Origin: Alloascoidea hylecoeti
Taxonomy: Eukaryota
Assembly (NCBI GenBank): GCA_001600815.1
Contig: BCKZ01000017.1
Location: 1 to 64,000 of the forward strand
Direction of reading: 5' to 3'
Length of the DNA stretch: 64,000 nt
Positions 46,732 through 62,763 of the stretch are shown in pieces. Positions within the stretch are counted from its first letter, which is position 1; every line of letters begins with the position of its first letter. The position numbers and the translations under genes were made by a program. The notes under the pieces are model-generated. The model worked only from the letters and a program-made list of their open reading frames with translations, was not told the DNA's origin and ran no database searches.

Positions 46732-47395
46732 AACCGTTTCAACTTTCAACTTCTAAACCGATTGGTTTACTATATTTATTTACCTATATATAATTAGGGT
46801 TTAATTTTTTTTTTTTGTTTAAACCTTATAATTACAAAGATTAAAGTGGTGAAGTTATAAAGAGGAGAGATTTCTTGATTTGCATTTAACAACACAATCA
46901 TTTATTACGATTTATCATCATTAGCATTAACTTTTTTTTTTATAAATTTTTATAATTTTTTCAACTTCACTTTATTTTACCATTTTAATTTCGGTTTTCA
47001 ATTTCACATTTTACATTTCAACTCATATAACTACTTATTTCTTATCTTTCATTACTTGCTATCAAAAGATTTACATCAATATTCATTCATTCTTTAAAAA
47101 TTAATTAGTTTAGTCATTTATAAAAGCTTTAAATTTAATTTAAATTTAAATTATGTAATCTAAATCCATTACGATACCTATGATACTTTTGTTTAACTTT
47201 TGTCTACTGTGTTTTGTATGAACTGCAGGCATGAAAAGAGGGACCACACTGCCCGCTGTGCCTAGGTAAAAAGTAAAAGAGGCTGTGTGAATGGATGTTA
47301 TAAGACAATTGGTACTTCCTCTTTTTTTTTTTTTTTTGATTTTAATCTAATCTCAAGGGAAGGCTTAGATCTAAATATCTTAAACTTTAAAAACA

Positions 47396-47968
47396 ATGGG
47401 GAAAACGGTATCAAAATTATCTCATGATGATATTCAACATTTAAAAAAAGAAACTTATTTTGATAAAAAAGAATTACAACAATGGTATAAAGGATTTTTA
47501 AAAGATTGTCCAAATGGTATATTAACAAAAGATGAATTCTTAAAAATTTATAAACAATTTTTCCCATTTGGTGAGCCAAAAGATTTTAGTAATTATGTTT
47601 TTAAATTATTTGATAAAGATAATTCAAATACAATTGATTTCCATGAATTTATTTTAGCATTAAGTATAACAAGTAGAGGATCACTTGAAGAAAAATTAAA
47701 TTGGTCTTTTCAATTATATGATTTAAATAAAGATGGTAAAATTGATTATAATGAAATGTTATTAATTGTTAGCGCTATTTATAAAATGATTGGAAATATG
47801 GTTAAATTACCTGATGATGAATCGACTCCTGAAAAAAGAGTTGAAAAGATATTTAAATTAATGGATAAAGATTCAAATGGAGAATTATCTTTTGATGAAT
47901 TTAGAGAAGGTTCTAAAGTTGATCCAATTATTATATCTGCTATGAATTTATATGATGGTTTAGTGTGA
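47396..47968 (+). CDS. FRQ1: Frequenin / neuronal calcium sensor-1 orthologue
   Basis: 190 aa, MGKTVSKL myristoylation motif, [16 protein letters not shown] hands and the LYDGLV C-terminus. Confidence 0.97.
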   Translation: MGKTVSKLSHDDIQHLKKETYFDKKELQQWYKGFLKDCPNGILTKDEFLKIYKQFFPFGEPKDFSNYVFKLFDKDNSNTIDFHEFILALSITSRGSLEEKLNWSFQLYDLNKDGKIDYNEMLLIVSAIYKMIGNMVKLPDDESTPEKRVEKIFKLMDKDSNGELSFDEFREGSKVDPIIISAMNLYDGLV

Positions 47969-48789
47969 CTTAATATAAATTTAAAAGTCGCACGACCTCT
48001 TGACCTCAATCCAACTACAATGTAACATTCATTTAATCTCATTATGACAATAACACAATCACAACCACTTTATTGGATTTCTTTTCCTTCTATATTAAAA
48101 TAAAATATTAATGGTAAAAAAGTAAATTTTACATATCGATAGAATCTCAATATTAGTACAATACACATTTCATACATTTTACGTATCTTACTATTGCAAC
48201 ACTCCTACTTTTCTCGAGTGTTAAACTTCTTCAATTAGCATTATGTTATATGTTTAATAGAGTTTTCGGTCTACAACCATACACTTCTAAAATTAGATAC
48301 ATCACATAACTCAAATGATTAATGTTGTAGATGATATCATATATACATGATTCAATCATGCTTATTTTAAATAGTCCCAGTGCCTTACATCAAGTTACCC
48401 ATACATATTAAAGGAAATGTAATATCGATATTAATATCGCATTAAAGTCAAGCTAAAATCTACAACTTCCAATTGATTAGTTTTTTTTTTTATAATCATA
48501 ACATTAACATTAATATTAACATAGATCGATCTAAATTTAAATTTAATATTAATTTAACATCTACTCATAAATATAAATACTTTAACAAGAAAAAAAAAAT
48601 ATTAATATTAATGTTGAATATGCAGGTTTATAGTCACTCGAAAAACTTTCTTTGATAAAAAGTTAACGCTCATTGATTACAAATCATCATATGTAATTAA
48701 ATAAAAAGATACATTTATCGAATTAAATCATGAACATATTAATATTTTATTTCCATGTTAAGGTGATTTAAATGAATATTTAAGGAAAT

Positions 48790-49010
48790 ATTTGTCCAAC
48801 AATGGATATCCCTCATAAAAAAATCATAAATGCGTCAAGTTTTAAATCCGTTTTAAGCGCGTTTTTGTGTTTATTCGTACACGTGATACCAAATCCGGAA
48901 ATTTTGGTGTTCATATTATCGAAGAAAACTACATATAGTGCGGGTTTCTTGATAGCTTTAATATTTGACAGAATGTTATATCTCTCCGAATATTCCGGTT
49001 TCAACTTTTC
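48790..49010 (-). pseudogene. Possible hAT transposase C-terminal dimerisation-domain remnant
   Basis: RYNILSNIKAIKKPA...ISGFGITCTNKHKNALKTDLKLDAFMIFL loosely fits YPxLxxxAxxxLxIPA...FSxxGxxxTxxRNxLxxxxLxALMFL. Confidence 0.3.
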
Positions 49011-52000
49011 TGAATTCGAATACAGGGTACTTCAACATATTATTATATAATTAGTTGCAATGGAAATTCATATCTTAAGATTAGTTTTATAAATCAGCCT
49101 ATAAAACTAGTACTATAATTTAAAGAGCTCGAGAGGTTGGTTGATTTGACTATTAGTAGTAATTTCTTGTCCAATTCATGGATTAAATAATTGGTTTCCA
49201 CTTTCCTCCTCATCTCTCTGAATTATAATCATGAATCTGAGTATGGATGAGACGTTTAGTTTTGAATATAAAGCCCAGTTGTTACATTCAATCTCTTTGT
49301 TGCAATTGATATCGAATTGAATTGATTGTAATTGATTGCAATTGAGATATAATACGTAGAGATCTCGTAAAAGCTAATAATATTTTAATTAAGGCTTCAA
49401 AACAACATAAAAGAAGCTTAGGTGTTAGCGCCATAAGGTCGCACGATGTCTGAATCTGATCGACTGTTCAAGATTGAACAATGGACATTGCACATTCAAC
49501 AAGAAGTGATAATATTTCTAATTTTGGATCATGAAGTGAACATGGGTTAATATTTATCAACAGTCGATAAGATGTCGTTATATATAAAAAAAAAATAGAA
49601 GCTCAATTAAAAACGTGTTACCCAAATCAAAACTGGCCATAATCATATGCATTGCAGTAAGCTTCCTGTTATTTCCGCATTTGGATAGATATTTATTGTT
49701 ACTCCGGAAACATATATTCTGACAATCCAATTTGGTAATTTAAATGCCGATATTTTATTATACAGATTATCGAAATTTATCGTTCCAATAACTATTTACT
49801 TTATTAACAAAAAAAAATGTACGATTCATTTTTTCATTCACGAAACAAAATATAAAGTACGAAACAAAATATAAAGTATTTGTGTAATTTAGCGAACATT
49901 TTTGGCATTTATTTCAATATTAATGAAAGATTTTTGATCCAATTACGGAAATTACCAGTTCAAGAAAGATTCAGATCCGGATTAAGATAAACAAGATCAT
50001 TTCTATATCGGGAAACTATCATATTAATAAATGACCATCAATTTCAATTAAAGACTCATAATAGATCTTAATTAAAGACTATTAGCCGTAGGTGGTTGCA
50101 ATTAGGGTTGGCGATCCTTTTTTTTTATTTTTTTCAATCATTCTTTTCGTTTTAACTTCATATTCATTCCAAAATTATATTTTCTATAACCATTAATTAT
50201 AAGTTCAGTTACAACCAATTACAAAATGTCTCTTCAATAATAAAGTAAATGAAACAATGTTCATTAACATAAGTATAAATTGATTTTAATTAAAGTTATG
50301 ATTAGTAATTGGAAGCTTATCGATTTTTTATCCTATGAAATATTTTTATGATAATGTTGGCCGGCCATAACAATAATTATATCCATCGTACACTGTAATG
50401 TTTCTTTAAAATTGGTGCCAGCAAGTAGTTCTAGATCTATTACGATATTTGATTTATCTATGTGCAAAATTGAGTTTCGACAGTCATATTATATATTCTA
50501 TGTAACTGTGATAAGATTAGAAAACATTGAAAATAATACATGTTCTATAGCTATAACTAATAAGATTAGAATACATTTAAGTGAGTACGTGGTACGTATG
50601 AAACTTTGCGATTCGTACAAGTACACATTTTACTACACCTACTTCTGGTAATATAAGAGTGGTTTGGGAGAAGCTTAAGTGGCAGCCGTGCAAAACAAAA
50701 TTTGTTTTATAGTTCGCCTAATATATGTATAATATGTTAACTATCACATACGACGTCTACTTAACAGCAAATCAACAAGTAATGTACAGTTTAGGGATAT
50801 TTATCGAAAGAAAAAAAAATCTTATAAGTCATATGTCGTTTGAATTTATGTGCAACATTTAGTTGTCTGCCAACTATGTGTGAGTGAGAGTTAACACGAA
50901 TTACGTTTCGTACGGCTACCAATTACACATTCTTTATTTTACCAAGAATAGGTGTACTATCGCAACCTGTCATATTTGCAGAAGCTATGACCATTCGACA
51001 CATATATTTTCAAACTACCACAATAGTGCTAGCTAGTGCGTAAGCCATAGGTCTATATAAAAAAGTGCAACAGATATTCGACTCAAGCTTATTGGAATTT
51101 CGACGGTTTGTGTGTGTCAGCTAATTTCGTAAACGTGTTCTATAACTAAGTTTCAAGTATTCCTAATTAGACTTAAATATATATATATATTGTTTAACTT
51201 TAATCTTATCATCAATATATTGTTTATTTAAAGTTTGGCCCCTGTTATTATTATTACCCTTGGACACTCAGGCCCCCTAGAAAGTTAGTAGAAACACGGT
51301 CACGATTTCAATTAATGAAAATAAACTATAACTACTTTGATGTCATCAAAAGGCATTTTCTAGAAAATAAGCGAGTTACAACTGGAATAACTTTATAAGT
51401 TAATAGATTTTATAAGACCCTAGTTACAGATTGTTCAAAAATTAATAATCTAAAGAAAAGGTTCTCAATATATTACTTTTTTAATTGAGTTATTTCACTG
51501 TATAAATTTTCATGTTTAACTTTACCAATAGTGGAAGATATAGGTATTAAGGATGTAAGTAGGTCCGTCTATAATTCAACGCATGTTTATGTGAAACCTG
51601 AATGAAAACATAACTACGGATCACTAACTATCGCTACTGATAACAAAACGTAAAATATCATCAGATAACTTTAGAGGCAATTTTATAATTCCATTACATT
51701 TCCTCATTTGTCAAGAAGCTATAATGTTAAAAACTTAAGGTTATAATTGGAAATGTTAGACACTATTGTATATAAATCATGTCAAACATTAATTGAAGTT
51801 AAGTTAATATCCAATCGACTACAACGAATATCTAAATGTAGATCTTTATATGCATATTATTATATAAATAGTTAATTTTACACCTGAAAATGATACATTT
51901 CAATCGAAGTCAATATAAGATAACACGATAACCTTTCTAAAGGATCAGCGCTAATATTCTTATAGATGTTTATTTATTGATTAGGTAAAGCTAATGCCAA

Positions 52001-53699
52001 ATAAAAATTAATGCAAAGTTAAAATCCTAATTATATAAATTATATTTAGTAGTCTCTTCTTATGGATAACCATTTTTTACATTCAATCTGTTGTAGCTAA
52101 ATACCAACCAAATGCAACTCCTTTTCGAAAAATTTACGTCAATTGTTGATTCGCCCGTCCCAAATTTATAATATTCGCTGTTAACAATTCTTTTAACATC
52201 TGAATTTTCTACTTTTCCGTTGATTAAACTTATTGCTTTCTGTAGCGTGCTGACTGCCAAGTCCCAGAAATTATCAGATAACTTTGATTTACTAAGTCCA
52301 GCCATAGCTTAATTTAATATAATGTGACTCTCCCTTTTAAATTATCCATGATTTTCAAACAAACATTATATCCAATTTCCGGGAATTATTTATTTTTTCT
52401 ATTTTCTTTTCTAGACCTGCTTGGTTTACAATAAGATTATACAGATCGTTAAACGTTTTTAAACTATTCTCTGAGAAATTTTGCTCAACAAAAGAGGGAA
52501 ATACACATTCTGTCTTTAAATAACAATAGATCATGCGCTTTGCTAAATTTTGAGGCCACAAATGGTTCAGAAATATCGATGAAAGTTCCAATTATCCAAT
52601 ATAGATATTATCCTGAGACATCACTGCAACTTACAATTACGAATATAATTAATATTATTTCGAATTTGAAAACTTATATGCAATCTACCCGATTTGTCAA
52701 CTCTCTTATCTTCTCTTATATTGAATCTGTCCCTGTGAACAATTTGATAGCCTCCAACTCAATATTCTAGGAACTGCAATCCCTTCATGTACGATAACAT
52801 CAAAATCATTCGTTACAATCCAATTGGCCCACTGTGGTATGAAGATGCAATTAAATTCATTTTATCTTCAAATTGAATTTTTAGTAAAGCATATCCTAGA
52901 TAATTCTACTTCGGTGATGATTCTTAACCAGGGAAGCATTCCCGTATCCTTCGGAAATACATATAAATATTTTTCATTATTTACTAATTGCTATACTATA
53001 CCCAGATCTGAGTGAAGCAAAACTTCGTTCTGTAAATTTAGTCTACCATATTGTTCAATTCTAGTCATTTCGGTATTAGAATATTTTGTATTAAAGCGAC
53101 TGTCAGTCTCATAGTATCTACATAATAATAAACGGATGAATATGCATAGTCACTTTCCATTGTAAAATATTAGCCATAACTCTATAATGGTTTTTGGTTA
53201 TATTCTTGTACAACCCAACCCAACCCATATGCCCTTATTTTGGCTTTAATTAACTCTTGGACATACTGTAGAAATGTGATCTTCCCTAGGTATTGTTTGG
53301 AAGTACTATATATCATTACAGAGCTGCGTTTTTTTTTTTCACATTTTTAACGCGTTTGCAGAAAAAGTACACGATTCTCCTTGGTTATTATATGACCCAA
53401 AGTACTTCAGGGTCACCTTCATATCATCGTTCCAGAGGGGAAAAGACGTACTCTATAGTTGATTTTGGTAAATATTTTATGACTTCAATTGGAAGATCTA
53501 AATAGTTATATAAGAGATTGTCAATTGGGACGTTGGTGAGTTGCAACTGTGATTGATATTATCACCACCTGTATCTTCAGGCTAAGATTCTGACATCGAT
53601 ATTTTTCCTGTCCCTTAAATAATATATTTGATTAGTAAGTTAAAAGTTACCATAAGAATAAAAAGTTTAAGCTCCAGCCAGTTATAAACATTGGGACCT

Positions 53700-53956
53700 T
53701 GTTAGGATCCCCGGTTATTAATATTTATTATATATTAAACATACATTGGAAATTTAAAAGATGCTCGTACTATTTCGATTGATTGGTCTACATCTAGTCT
53801 TTAGTGGAAACTACATACCAATAATTAGGGATTAACTATAAGTTTTACAAAAAGATGGGGAAATTACATTGTCCCAAGGTGATTATTATATTTATAAACT
53901 TTTAACAAACTTCAATATGTTGGATTGTAATCCCGGGATTATTCCAATAAGTAACA
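53700..53956. mobile_element. Possible LTR next to copia remnant
   Basis: TGTTA...TAACA termini, 257 bp, immediately before the copia RT/RNase H remnant; no matching TSD. Confidence 0.3.
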
Positions 53957-54019
53957 ATGATTAATTTGAGGAAAGAAGTCTTATTGTATTGCCTGATAAT
54001 GTGAAACAATTATAATGGT

Positions 54020-54620
54020 CGGATCACTCATATTTCTGATGAATTTCACTCAACCCGGCCTTTGCCACACCATTTTTTTATTAACCAGGAAAATGTGCGC
54101 TCCTTCTTGGAAAGACTGGTATCTTGGTAAATCCACCTTGGGATATTTACCAAGTTGAAGGGTATTACATTTCATTCTCCAAGAAGCCTTAATGATACAC
54201 AATTATGTTGTTATGCAGATGCATCATTTGCTCCTTCTGATTTGTTTTCTATTTATGGGTACTTTATTTAAACAAGAGGTGATCATGTTCCTAATTGGAG
54301 ATCAGGTAAGTTGTCGATTTCAGCTATGAGTACTCCCGAAAGTGAGCTTTATGCTTATACCGAAATGATCAAAGATGTGAAATATTGGTCAAGTTTAGGT
54401 GATTCATTAAACATCAACAGTGGTTATCATAACATGGAGATTTGCACCTTTGAAGATAATCAAAGCACCATTGCAATGATTGGTAATAAGTCAACGCAAC
54501 AAGCATTTTGGCATTTTATCTCAGAAAATTTATTGCTCGCCATTTCTTATCGCAGGGTAACCACATTAATTGAGAGATTTCAACAGATGGATTATTCAAC
54601 AAAACATGAACATTCCTAAG
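54020..54620 (+). mobile_element. Ty1/copia RT-RNase H remnant
   Basis: YADASFA, WRSGKLSISAMSTPESELYA and FEDNQSTIAMI are the copia RNase H D-E-D motifs; interrupted by stops and frameshifts. Confidence 0.88.
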
Positions 54621-55255
54621 ATTTGTGCATCTTGATAATGCACCAGGAGTTATGGGAATCAAATTTGATTGACTGTTTCTTGGCCTTAAATTGGACTTTG
54701 CAGTTGCGATACGATCGCGATTGCAAGAAGTTCGAGAACGATATGAAGGACGATTATAATTGGAAGTTGATTCTCCTAACATAACTAAAAGAGCTGAATT
54801 ATAGTAATAGTAATAAGGATTTGATAAATAGGACAAAAAAATCAACAACAGGTAATGCAGCAACATGTGCATGCATATAACAGAAAAATATAAAAACACT
54901 TGAAACAGAAGCAGATAGAAAATTTGAACTTTGAAATTTAGGAATATAAAAGATTGTGAATCAAGGAATCGGATGATATAATTTAAAATGATTCTGAAAG
55001 ACGGAAGTTAAATCGAAAAATGGTAAGCGAAACGTGATAGTATTGGTAGCCAGTTGTTTACTGATTTTAATATTTGATATACCATTGTAAACTATGAGAT
55101 ATAGCGGATCAGTCTTCACTTCCAGAAGCGAAGCTTTTGATTTTTGGTGATTTTCTATAGATTATCACAATTGCATCTATCTGATATGAGATTGAATAAA
55201 TATTCTACCAAACATATTTGTGCCTTATAAATCAATCCTCTTAGGTTCATGTGAC

Positions 55256-56176
55256 TTAACAATGTTTATATATATTACAATCGTAAAATTGTACTGCCGC
55301 ATTTAAATTATCAGCTAATAGAAAGTCTCCATCTGAATCAGCTATTTGTTTTCAAACAGCATTTCTTTTTCTATTAGGCCAATTAGGAATGTTCCAATAT
55401 CTTGTTTTGATACCTAAAGAGTGTGCTTTTTCTATTTGTGTTTGTAATGTTTTCATATCAGCATTATTTAAACCATTTAGGCCAGGCCTTCCAACATAGG
55501 TTTTGAGATCTGCAGAAGCGATTGGGCTAAGGGTAACAGGAAAAGTAGAGTTCAATGAATTTAACGGGGCATCAAAAAAGTAATCGCGATTTTTCTTTTG
55601 AAGGAGAGACTCCAATGGAGTATTTCCAGTTCCGATGACGGTTACTTGTCTGCATGTAATGTCAGTTCCATTGAAATCAGTTAAATATCCCTTTTCTCTC
55701 AATAGTTAGAGAGCTTCAATGACCTTTGGCCAAGTGGTCGCGCCATTAGATTTAACATCAACAAACAAGTATAAAGTAGCACTAGCATTGGATTGAAATA
55801 TGCCATCAACATATTGGTTAAATTCTGGTTAATGGTTAGCCTCAGCTGAATTATAGATGGGATCATGGGACTTATTAAGTGTTTCAAGGATTGGTTGGAT
55901 ATATAAACTGTCGAATGTTCTCTTTTTATTTAAAGAGTGAGTATTATGTCCAACATATATTGTTGGATCATTATTGTCCAGGATCCAAACATCAGCTTCT
56001 ATACTTTGAACCCCTCTTTCCACAGCATCATAAAAAGGATGCTTTCTCAGATAATCATTGTGTGAATGAATCTGACGAACAGGAACATCCGTGGTACTCT
56101 CGGGGTCAGTTGCGCTGCTGATACCTGAAGTTGCAATTAAATATGTTAAAAACAAATACACGTTACAGGTTTTCAT
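55256..56176 (-). pseudogene. AIM6: Full-length AIM6-family (PLC-like phosphodiesterase fold) pseudogene
   Basis: Single 307-codon frame with signal peptide, HSHNDY, SIEADVW, VGH, LFVDVK and TRYW. In-frame stops at 55829-55831, 55706-55708 and 55352-55354. Confidence 0.85.
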
Positions 56177-58399
56177 TTTAAATTGAGATGCAAAATATAA
56201 TTACAATTGGATATATATATATAAGCCGGAGATATATTGTTGATGTCATGGTTTTATGACTATATACTATGTGTTGGATTGGGAATATGCGAAAATGGAT
56301 CTTTTGTTTTATTCCCAGTACCCTGTTATGTAATGGGTAAAATGATTAAGGTTTCAGGGTATATTCTGTTAAATCCTACTCAATATATCCTAAATGATAT
56401 TAAACTATCCAAGATGTTTCATTATCTTGATCTGATGAACAATAAGTATTAACGTTTTTTCACCATCCTTAATTCAATATAAGAGATAAGTTCATTAACT
56501 ACCTATTTAGTATGTATAGAATGTTTAGTATTTACCCTTTTAATATATAAGTTTTGTCAGTTATAATGTATTCAGATGATATTCTTGAATAAAACTATCA
56601 TCTTTTCGATGTTCTATTCTGCCTATTGTGATGATTATATGTAGGATTATTACTAGGACATATATAACTATTATTTTATACCGGTAAAAATTAGATTTAA
56701 CCCTGCCATCCCTTTCCCCATTTCCAATCTAAATATAAAATTCATCTCTAATTAATTGAAATGTAAACTTTAAATAAATAAATAACCGGGGTTTCGTCGC
56801 CATTTTTGAAACTAAATATAACCAGGCTTATAGTATTTACTTTCTCTGTTTTCAATTCTAAAATGATTTGTAGCAAGCAAGACTTTCGAAAAATCCACCT
56901 CTTCAAGATATGAATTAGATGTTAAGTGTATGTGAATCTTTGGATTCCCGTATATCTGAATCAATTGCAAAAGCCTACAACTTTTCAGGGCTCTGGGGCA
57001 AACATTTTCAACATTGGATATCAATACCAATACCAATTTCCCTTTATTCAATTGCTTAGCTGCAAGTTGTGAACCTTGAAGACTTTTTAAACCTATTAAT
57101 ATTAAATTAATTCAAGTAGGCTAATTTCTATCCATATTAGACCTATATTTTGTCTGTTTATTAAACAAATGTTTATTAAGCCTAGTTTTAATGAGTTGTA
57201 TCCTCTCCTAATTTATAAATAGTTCCGATAATTGTGGAATTTGATTATTCAGGATATTACTCTCTAGTGTGTGTGTGCCATGGTTGGCAACATCTCAAGA
57301 TCACCTGGATCATAATGTATTTCAGCAATGTATAATTTAGATTAATTACTATATAAAGCCTGGTATATGCTACCTTTAATAAAATTATTAATCAGTTTTA
57401 TCAGAATTAATCTAAAAAATGAACTATAACAAGATGATTGTTCCCCTGCCGATTTTGTTTTTGAACACGATCAGCTCAAGTAATTGATTTTTGCTGGATT
57501 TGAAGACCACACCAAACTAAAACATTACGACCTATATGGGGGATCCTTTTGCGGATGTTAAGCATTTAGTATTGGCTGCTGGTTATAACCATTTCAAACA
57601 AAGGCAAAATGTACTGAAAATAAATATGAGCCCCACAGAGGCTATCAAAGAGATGGAAGTTACTGCTGGTCCTTCTAGAAATGAAAAGTTTGATAAGTGA
57701 TAGCCTAAATGTTAAGTGTGACAACCACAATAGATGCCGTCTGTCTCATCTGGTGAAGGGATCTTGGGCAGCTTGAATGACGATAATTTAGGTAGCTTCT
57801 GGATGCGCACCCAAGTTAGTAATATGACATACCGGAGGTTGTGGATATGACATACCGGAAGCAACACTCAAAAGACGGGTGTCAGCCAGGGCGCTGATAT
57901 CACGCCCAGCACGGGCTCGTTTAACACCGTCAGTGGTGCGCTTCTTTTTTTGTATTCTAGCACTATTGGCCTTCATTAAGCTACTCCTCATTATTACTAC
58001 ACACACAAATTTTACGAAAATAAAAATAAAGTGTATAAATAAAAGATATAAGTCAAGTGATATGGTAAAAGATATGAGGAGAAAAACAGGAAAATTTGTT
58101 TAAATAAGAATTTGAAGTAATATCCTGATCTGTGTTGTGGATTACATATAAAAACTGTATCTTCCATTTGGATGGTGTGTGTGTCAGCATTATATAATCG
58201 GTCAACCCGGAGACCCGTTCTCCAAGCGTGAACATGACCTGGGTGATGAGTGTAGAAGGCGGGAAAAAGAAAAATCTTTGCTACATTAAAACGCGATTTT
58301 CTTGAAAATGTAAGAAACGATTTTAATAAAACTTTGAAATAAACATAATATGATATTGAAGAATATTATTCTTAAATTTGAGTTTAATTCTATCGTTAA

Positions 58400-58700
58400 A
58401 TATTTGTTGAAGTTGATTTTTCAAACGGGACGTCGATATTGTCCAATTTATATATTTAGGTGTCCCCATTTAATCTCCACTTGATTAAAAATACGCTCCT
58501 GCGAGTTAGCGACATATTTTGTTGATTTCTTCACATCTGGGTTCATTCCATTCTTCGATTAAAACATTTTATATCTTTTCGAAGGTATTTGGGAACATTG
58601 TTATGGCCTTAAAATATTTGTGGGATCAACCACCCTAAACTCCATATTGGATTAAAGTTTGGTGAAGGTGCAGCACACTTATGAACTTTTTTTCAACCTC
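58400..58700 (+). mobile_element. Possible L1-clade non-LTR retrotransposon RT remnant
   Basis: QFIYLGVPI (RT YLG motif), followed by NTLL and WEHCYGLKIFVG (cf. WxxxCxPKxxGGLG); heavily decayed. Confidence 0.35.
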
Positions 58701-60752
58701 TCTTTCCCTTAATCAACAATCCAATTCCTTGGGAGGATACTATTTCCTTCACACATACCGTAACCTCTGAGGTTAAATAATCTTAGAAACCTTTTATGGA
58801 TATATATCATAAATATGTATTATGTTTTGTTTTAAGTAGACTATATAAATCCTCCATGACCTGGACTCTACCCCTAATAGAAAATAATTAAATAACCATA
58901 TCTGTTTCTGGGTAATCCTGTTTCTAATTATAAATAGCATATACTGGTAGTTTTTTTTTTTTTTTTTTTTTTTAATAAACCATATATTTTGCATTTTANA
59001 TTATCATTATCATCTGATTGATATGCATGGTACGTGCATTAAAACTCATCATAAATCTACTGGCATTCTTTCTTCTCATCAAACTGTTCTATTACTTTCA
59101 AAAATGAGAAATTATCAAAATCTAAAGAAGCTCCTAAGATAACCTTTCTATGATAATTTAAGGAATTATAATGGGGGCTTAAAGTGTTTCTTGTGGACAA
59201 TCTATGAATCCATAATTAACTAATATTAATATTAATCGGCCTCATTAAAAACATGTTAAAATGACAGCACAATCAGTCTCTACCGATAATAAAAATATCA
59301 CAGTGAGTTATTGATCATCAAAAAAATAAAATAAAAGTAAGCATTTGCCGAGAGTGGAAGGGTTCTCGTGATTGTTTACTATGTGAATGAAAAAGAAAAA
59401 TTGTTGTTGAAATATATATTAAAAGTACATAGTTTGTCGCCTAGTTTATTCTACAACACCAGCTTGTTTAGCCCTTTATATTAAACAGCAAAATCATTAT
59501 CCTGCTAAAAAGCTACTTCTCATTTGATAGAGCCCTTAAACATATCATCTGAAGTTCTGGTGGTCACTCAGTGGCGGTACAAAGAGGAATTACTTTTGAG
59601 CACCAGTAGATTGGTCAAATTTTCGCGTTTTGAAGTGTTACGACAGAATTTATAAATTTACTCAATTCTTACAGTTCACTACAGTTATATCCCTTCAAAG
59701 ATATCTAGACTATTCTACAAAACTGGAGGTATCATATGACTCCCATATTTCACTTTCAGGTAGTTATGGCACGCTGAAAATCGAGCTTAAAGATTGGAAC
59801 TGGTGGGCTGAGGGCTCAATTCACTGAATTGTGAAAGAACCATCACACCGCAACAAATATTGCAGAAAAAAAAAAATCAACCTTTATTCTCAGAATTATG
59901 AAATTAAGTAGATTTTAGTTATATAATTTATAATAATATATAATTGTTGTTGGTTTTGCAATTTGTGGCTGAAATGTAACAGTTTTGGGTTTCCGAGTTC
60001 CCTAAGATTATGGTACATTATTATATTTTTTTTCTTTATAAATATCTAATATAATTCAATATTTTATAATATTATACAATCATAATCTCTAAATATTATT
60101 ATACACTGAAACACAAAGTAATGTCAATATCGAAATGGAAATTTAATATTATAAGGTGGAAAAAGAATTCTATTAGTATAAAGAGTATTTATAATATATT
60201 TTAGCCCTATGACTTTAGGTTATTTCTATAAATACAGAATATCGACAACAAAACATTATAATTTAATTACGAAACTGATAATGGCAAAATTATTCAGATA
60301 TTTCTTAAGATTATCATTATAATTATTGATTGGTAACAATTGCAATTTACTTTAGCTTACATATTACCCGGCACACATTTCTTTTTTACTGCTTCAACCT
60401 TCAAAACCCATCTTCTCCAAATATAAATTCTCTTGAATATTATTATTCCGCCTTTAATCTTCCAGCTTCTTCCTATATAACTACGAAGATCGTTCTGTTT
60501 TTATAAAGATTTGCCATTTTTACAACAGCATCCAAAAAAAATAGCCAACTTCTTCGGCACTGAAAGATTATATTAAACTAGGCGTTTCTCTATTTTTATC
60601 AGATTTATACTTAAATCTTACATTTTTATAGCTCTTTTTCAACCAATACAAACGGGATATTTCGAATTTAACTGACACAATTAATCATATAAAAAAACAA
60701 AAAAGATAACAATTGCAAATAAATATTAAAATAATACAGAATAGGAAAGAAA

Positions 60753-62633
<1,881 letters not shown>

Positions 62634-62731
62634 GTATGGTACTTATTTGAATTTTTTCATTCTCATTTATATTATTATATTTTTTGCATTATCTTCTCAC
62701 ATTCTTTATTTATTGATTAATGTACCTATAT

Positions 62732-62763
<32 letters not shown>

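Noticed and set aside
47216..47265. SECIS-like ATGA...AAA hairpin
   Set aside because: Lacks the 3' GA of the kink-turn quartet, no in-frame TGA gene upstream, and budding yeasts are not known to use selenocysteine.
55256..56176. Stop-codon reassignment or RIP as the explanation for in-frame AIM6 stops
   Set aside because: TAA and TGA terminate normal genes in this window, and the sister copy has TGG at one site. Too few changes, and not all in CpA context, to claim RIP.
58950..59000. Long T run and an N base
   Set aside because: Homopolymer plus assembly ambiguity; the overlapping poly-Lys ORF is spurious.
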